DNA of 64,000 nt. It comes from Obrimoposthia wandeli. Lineage: Eukaryota. The stretch's first letter is position 1, and each line of letters begins with the position of its first letter. The notes under the pieces are model-generated. The model saw only the letters and a program-made list of their open reading frames with translations, searched no databases and had not been told where the DNA came from. The stretch spans positions 248,001-312,000 of the forward strand of contig CDROCS010001655.1 of the NCBI GenBank assembly GCA_977020255.1, read 5' to 3'. Made by a program: the position numbers and the translations under genes. Positions 62,431 through 64,000 of this stretch are shown in pieces.

Positions 62431-62544
62431 AGCATTGAATACAGGTGAAACAATTATTTCAGATTCATATTGCTACTAAATTCATATACACATCAAAACA
62501 TATTATTAAAATACTCCAATTTTTAGGTAATTGAAAAAGAATTA

Positions 62545-62700
62545 TTTTGCTCCAAGATATTGCCAGACCACATGTTTTGATCCAAACACAGGATAAATTT
62601 TGGAACTTAAGTATGAAGTTTTTCAACATCCTTTATACTCACTGAACCTGGCTCTAACTGATTTTCATACTTTCAAGCATTTATTGTCATTTCTGGATTG
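62545..62700 (+). mobile_element. mariner (DD34D) transposase fragment
   Basis: LQDIARP..YEVFQHPLYSLNLALTDFHTF vs mariner LHDNARP..WEVLPHPPYSPDLAPSDYHLF. Confidence 0.65.
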
Positions 62701-63149
62701 GAAGAAATTTCATAATAAAAGAAAGTAGAAAATCGGAAGGTTTGCAATTACTTCGTTTTTAGAAACAAATAATTTTGTCAAACTGGTTTTGAATTTCTTA
62801 CAAAACTTTTGAATATGTATAGAATCAGAAGGGTCTATTTTGATTAATTTTTGTTCTAATATGTGTATTCCTCTTATATTTTTATTATTTATTTTATTTT
62901 GCAACGACCTTATACTATTAAAATGAAACCAATTTAAAGAACTAATTGGTGTTTTGAATTTCCCTTTTTTTCTTTGAAATGTTTTCTTAAATGACAGATT
63001 TCTGTTGACAGACAATTCTGAATTTGAACCGACTATGTCCTTCTAAAAACAACGTGTTGGAAAATTTATGTCTTAAAAAAATTTACTATATTTATTTGTC
63101 TCAGAATTTTGAGAATTTTTACATCCATCAAAGAGTTAACGAACTTTAT

Positions 63150-63400
63150 AATTATTGCTCAAGAAATGTGTTAGTTTTGTTTCTTGTATGACGAGAAAGA
63201 CAAATTTTGAATATTGTATTTTTGGCCTTTTTTCAATTCATATGACACCCGTTTATGAAGTTTTTGAACTTTCATATCATTACTAAGTGTCTGAAAATTG
63301 AACTAGGGTCAACATTAATCTTGTCAGCAAGTTCTCTAAGGGTAACACGTTTTTTTAACACAAGCTTTGAAATAATCATTATCTACAGCAACAGGAGGCT
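63150..63400 (-). mobile_element. mariner N-terminal HTH fragment
   Basis: RVTLRELADKINVDPSSIFRHL. Confidence 0.55.
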
Positions 63401-64000
63401 GACCTCGGGTATCACCTTTTAAACTCAGATCTCCGTAACGAAATTTCTGTACCAGAACCTAATGGTCCTATCTCTAGATGTACTTTTACTAATAGCTATC
63501 ACTTCACTTCATATCTCAGATCTTCATCGTACAGTAGGATTTATGGCTGTAATAGCATTTGGATATGTTTACGGATTATTTCAATATATTACTGTTTATA
63601 AGTAATTTGTGAATTAAAAGTGTCTCAAACTAAACAGAAAGATTGGGTAAAGTATTTATCCTTACTCGAATGCTGTAATTTCTTCATTCGATTCCTTATA
63701 CTATCTAGGCTTTCGGCCTCGTAAGAGAAGCATTGCCTCATTCTCATTGCATAACATACGTCAATAAAATACAGTGTCATGTATATTTACTATTTGATGT
63801 TTTGATAAATACATAATTCATCAAGGAATTACTTTATCACGACGGCCAATGGCTGCTTTCATGTGGTGCTGAGTATATAATTCGAGATATCAGCTCTAGT
63901 ACAAATGTGCATTGATTTAAGTACGATAAATTTCCGGAGAATGGTTTGTCTGATAATTATTACATTTTCTGAATATTTAAGAGCACAATTATGTCAAATG

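Overview
AT-rich animal genomic DNA whose smallest introns are only about 35-45 nt; the species cannot be fixed from sequence alone. (1) Bases 1-~10590 hold the right-hand ~10.6 kb of an endogenous Polinton/Maverick (adintovirus-like) element. It carries pPolB with an EndoVII-like insertion, an adenain protease, major capsid, a basic core-like protein, penton, an rve integrase with chromodomain, and an A32 packaging ATPase. Most core genes are broken by only one stop or frameshift. Its accessory arm carries an intact two-exon TATA-binding-protein-like gene, transcribed divergently from a tandem pair of paralogous ORFs (possible OB-fold SSBs) across a TATA/triple-CCAAT bidirectional promoter. 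Two element genes contain tiny GT-AG introns invisible in the ORF track. (2) Bases 17192-53392 hold a 17-exon FAK/PTK2-like kinase gene reconstructed by hand (FERM-kinase-FAT, ~880 aa). It appears to lack the Y397 linker and has an acidic activation-loop insertion; its large introns are full of Tc1/mariner, pogo, MULE and hAT debris. (3) Bases ~60020-62430 hold a second, diverged, internally deleted copy of the same Polinton family, preceded by two decayed genes (56-60 kb, the first multi-intron) that may be the element's left arm. All alignments are by eye; no database search was run.
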